Shown piece after piece: positions 62,601 through 64,000 of a stretch of 64,000 bases of DNA. The position numbers were made by a program, and so were the translations under genes. Origin of the DNA: a virus; IMG/VR virus record IMGVR_UViG_3300044615_001997; one strand, 5' to 3'. The notes under the pieces were generated by a model, which saw only the letters and a program-made list of their open reading frames with translations, was not told the origin of the DNA and searched no databases. Every line of letters starts with the position of its first letter. Position 1 is the first letter of the stretch.

Positions 62601-64000
62601 TTGGCTGAATTGGAGGTGTGCTGCTTTCAATACTCCATCTACTTGGTCCTGTGCTATTTACTGTTGTGAAATCTGCCATGAATGGATACCATTCGTTTGG
62701 GTTCAGCCCCTGTATTCTAATCGTTAATTTGTATTTCCCAGTCACCCCATTGGGAGCTGTTAACGGTCCTTGCACCCCAGGGGCTACCACAGTTCCAGAT
62801 AAAACTGCTGCAGCGATACCTGCAACGCCTACTGGAAATCTAGTAATTAAAAATTGGTTGGTTGAAACTGTGAAATTGTTGTTAAACCAAAAATCTACTT
62901 CGGCATCCCACCTGGGTGGAGCGGGGCTTGTATTTCCTTCGCTAATACCACCACCTGTTAATTCTACCCTACGAGTATCTATACCATAAGGAACAGAACC
63001 AGAAACTTCACCTTGCCCAAAAAAGAATTGAGTCACTCCGCCCAAGAAAATTTCATTAGCGTCTGCATTATTGGCGTTTTGCATTTGCCAATTTCTCCAC
63101 ATTTGTCTTCCATTCCAATCAAAAAAGCCCAGCTTATATTGAGAATAGTGTTGTGGAGTTCTAAATCCTGCTCCTGAGTTTACGGCTCCGATAAAGCCCA
63201 AGTGAAAGTGGTCTGCTGCTGAAGTAAATCTACCACCACCACCCAACAAGTCTAGTCCGTGTAAATAACCCACTCTACCTCCGACTTGCAATGGAGCTCC
63301 TGGATCCTGTAAATTTCCGTGATATACATTTACATTTTTATTTGTGGTTAAACCATTCCCAAGCCTTAAAATACTTGCTTGATGTTCGCCGTCGTTATTA
63401 ACCGGATTTTCCGGTATAAGCCCATTAAAAACTCCCGTCACAATACGCAATGTCCAACTTCTAGAGCCAAATTGATCTGGAGAGGCTTTGTAGTAAAACC
63501 CAGGAGTCATTCCATATGTTCCGTGAGCACTTTGAGAACCTGGTAACCACGAAGTTGAGTCTAATTTTAGTCTAACTATGACTCTATAACGTTGAGATGG
63601 TGGAACTGCGGTTCCACGAGAATCTGTCGTCGGTATATTTCTTAAAGCTACGTTATCTTGCCATGCGCTTAAAACTCTACCACCATATATTCCTTCCTTT
63701 ATTCCGCCAACATCATGATAAAATTGAAGATAAACTTGAGAGTCTGTTCCTATAGAATATAGGGTTGCTTCTTGCGAAATATCTGAATTTAAAATAGTGG
63801 CGCTATAAGTATTTTGTTCAAACCAAAAAGCAACATCTACCTCAACAGATTGTCCTGGTGCTGGCGTTGGAGGAGTTGGAGTAACCACAGCGGTATCAAA
63901 CCCATATTTATAACCCTCCATCACATGGCTATCCCAAGGCTTATTAAAATTTTCTGTATTCCATTGAACAGAGCCTACTATTTGGGGATTATCTTCAAAG
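59647..64000 (-). CDS. tail fibre protein (5' end beyond window)
   Basis: APLASPTFTGTP.APT..GTNTTQLATTAFV fibre repeat, TRTNLG repeats, YadA-head-like ASG.YS repeats; frame stays open from 63924 to the window edge. Confidence 0.8.
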   Translation of the reverse strand, partial: FEDNPQIVGSVQWNTENFNKPWDSHVMEGYKYGFDTAVVTPTPPTPAPGQSVEVDVAFWFEQNTYSATILNSDISQEATLYSIGTDSQVYLQFYHDVGGIKEGIYGGRVLSAWQDNVALRNIPTTDSRGTAVPPSQRYRVIVRLKLDSTSWLPGSQSAHGTYGMTPGFYYKASPDQFGSRSWTLRIVTGVFNGLIPENPVNNDGEHQASILRLGNGLTTNKNVNVYHGNLQDPGAPLQVGGRVGYLHGLDLLGGGGRFTSAADHFHLGFIGAVNSGAGFRTPQHYSQYKLGFFDWNGRQMWRNWQMQNANNADANEIFLGGVTQFFFGQGEVSGSVPYGIDTRRVELTGGGISEGNTSPAPPRWDAEVDFWFNNNFTVSTNQFLITRFPVGVAGIAAAVLSGTVVAPGVQGPLTAPNGVTGKYKLTIRIQGLNPNEWYPFMADFTTVNSTGPSRWSIESSTPPIQPTNQTSLTLVPGRRDKLVASWSQPHGLTLGQNIILNLLNKSFVVSNPARLNCTVLKVIDANTIEILIGTARRLETAMVGVYEFKAPGDHNLNGTLGNSEDFCLLINAFPSDNNKRLKFRANISGTTMTVTEMLSTGYNIEPKMNLFSSNGDETFNNSLATGARIVSQVSGTAGGVGTYTIAWTGGSLDRTNSILYAGKIVHRVKFISNAKLPEPLVENVDYYVRVSNFYPQYHAWFYTTELDAFNGQTGINAPTVKFPWKPTYGTYWAVFQDAQDLDATGWSVHIGNTDPGHQQTFADVGWYLHRNVYPDAAGVAQGVITQGIFGGISSVEWYRKNSFIYGFNCTNQADNTITLGQKLTNKTPNSTEIGSTDAIKLRLNGDDIVVSDDTRNLRIAEIFNQNGQGNQLILSNNKVWLQSFYGDISVTIPSGPNTWARIVGGGPGDTTCTVTLPRQGVDGAVAGDELLISLESIVLGRSVILRQYQWAGSSYTSTFTNVPAGASSGTYTSDTMLRLKLRDGAWHSVGTGGGTGSVTDINSGQALTFKAGSLGLAFETDLIAPNAWQRTLTNLGLRGTGFASFQGASFGNVASGEYSVTLGAGLEASGNYSFAAGRNAKANHQGAFVWADSQTADFISNAVNTFNVRAAGGMRLDLGTVGITFISGAAETRTNLGLGATNDVTFKNLFVTGDYVGSPPPSSGSLAQFGEAMNVFTNYIQASVPIYFDQAATTRTNLGAAPIASPTFTGTVTIPAGASISGFAPLASPTFTGTPAAPTATAGTNTTQLATTAFVQTGLSGKENSLGQGTSAAQFLRGDKTWQVPAGAFGPLVLNRFRNLLFASSNYNPGATAFSPPSSNGFFTMTPFGNTLEGGTFGVGTPRTFNPEIFFGPGSNYRIFAAVRTTSWFNDGVHCMIRSWDGSTQTTVPGLQDFGGGAATGDRIVWSTSEPIASTNTWFNYAAYFAAYGNNNNSNGATIQDVILTFYKVT

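Noticed and set aside
43901-62989. Many + strand ORFs opposite the tail genes, and short antisense or nested ORFs in 477-41035
   Set aside because: Shadow frames of long real genes; no motifs or initiation context.
1-64000. Alternative genetic code, CRISPR array, DGR, introns or inteins
   Set aside because: Genes are intact in code 11 with all three stops used; no repeat-spacer array, reverse transcriptase, split gene or intein motif was seen by eye.
63924-64000. Start of tail fibre at 63924
   Set aside because: The frame stays open to the window edge, so the true start lies outside the window.

Overview
A 64-kb, AT-rich segment of a large tailed dsDNA bacteriophage. It uses the standard genetic code, has tightly packed genes and essentially no Shine-Dalgarno sites. 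Weak clues point to a PVC-superphylum host, possibly Verrucomicrobia. The + strand (1-41.5 kb) carries early and replication genes: a Ycf46-AAA/DUF3150/DUF1257/DUF2997-like module, Mre11-Rad50, SF2 helicase, primase, DnaB helicase, a family A DNA polymerase fused to a nuclease-like and a degenerate UDG domain, a Gp88-like protein, SSB, RecA, RuvC-like resolvase, HhH glycosylase-like protein, SemiSWEET, tRNA-Lys(UUU), tRNA-Gly(UCC), a mini-kinase, RNA ligase and a phosphoesterase. A lone gpA-type terminase sits on the - strand at 2.6-4.3 kb. The - strand (41.5-64 kb) carries lysis genes and tail/adhesion genes, including a 4850-aa LamG/Ig protein. The best candidate for a new system is a phage-encoded ubiquitin-like conjugation locus at 24.4-28.5 kb: a small protein ending in Gly-Gly, a 690-aa unknown, a 3'-5' exonuclease, a JAB/JAMM peptidase and an E1/ThiF enzyme, with no sulfur-transfer or recognisable E2 gene nearby. 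Other highlights are a PolA with a heavily rewired active site, a probable structured ncRNA upstream of tRNA-Lys, and leaderless sigma70-type promoters. All calls come from motif recognition by eye; no searches were run.
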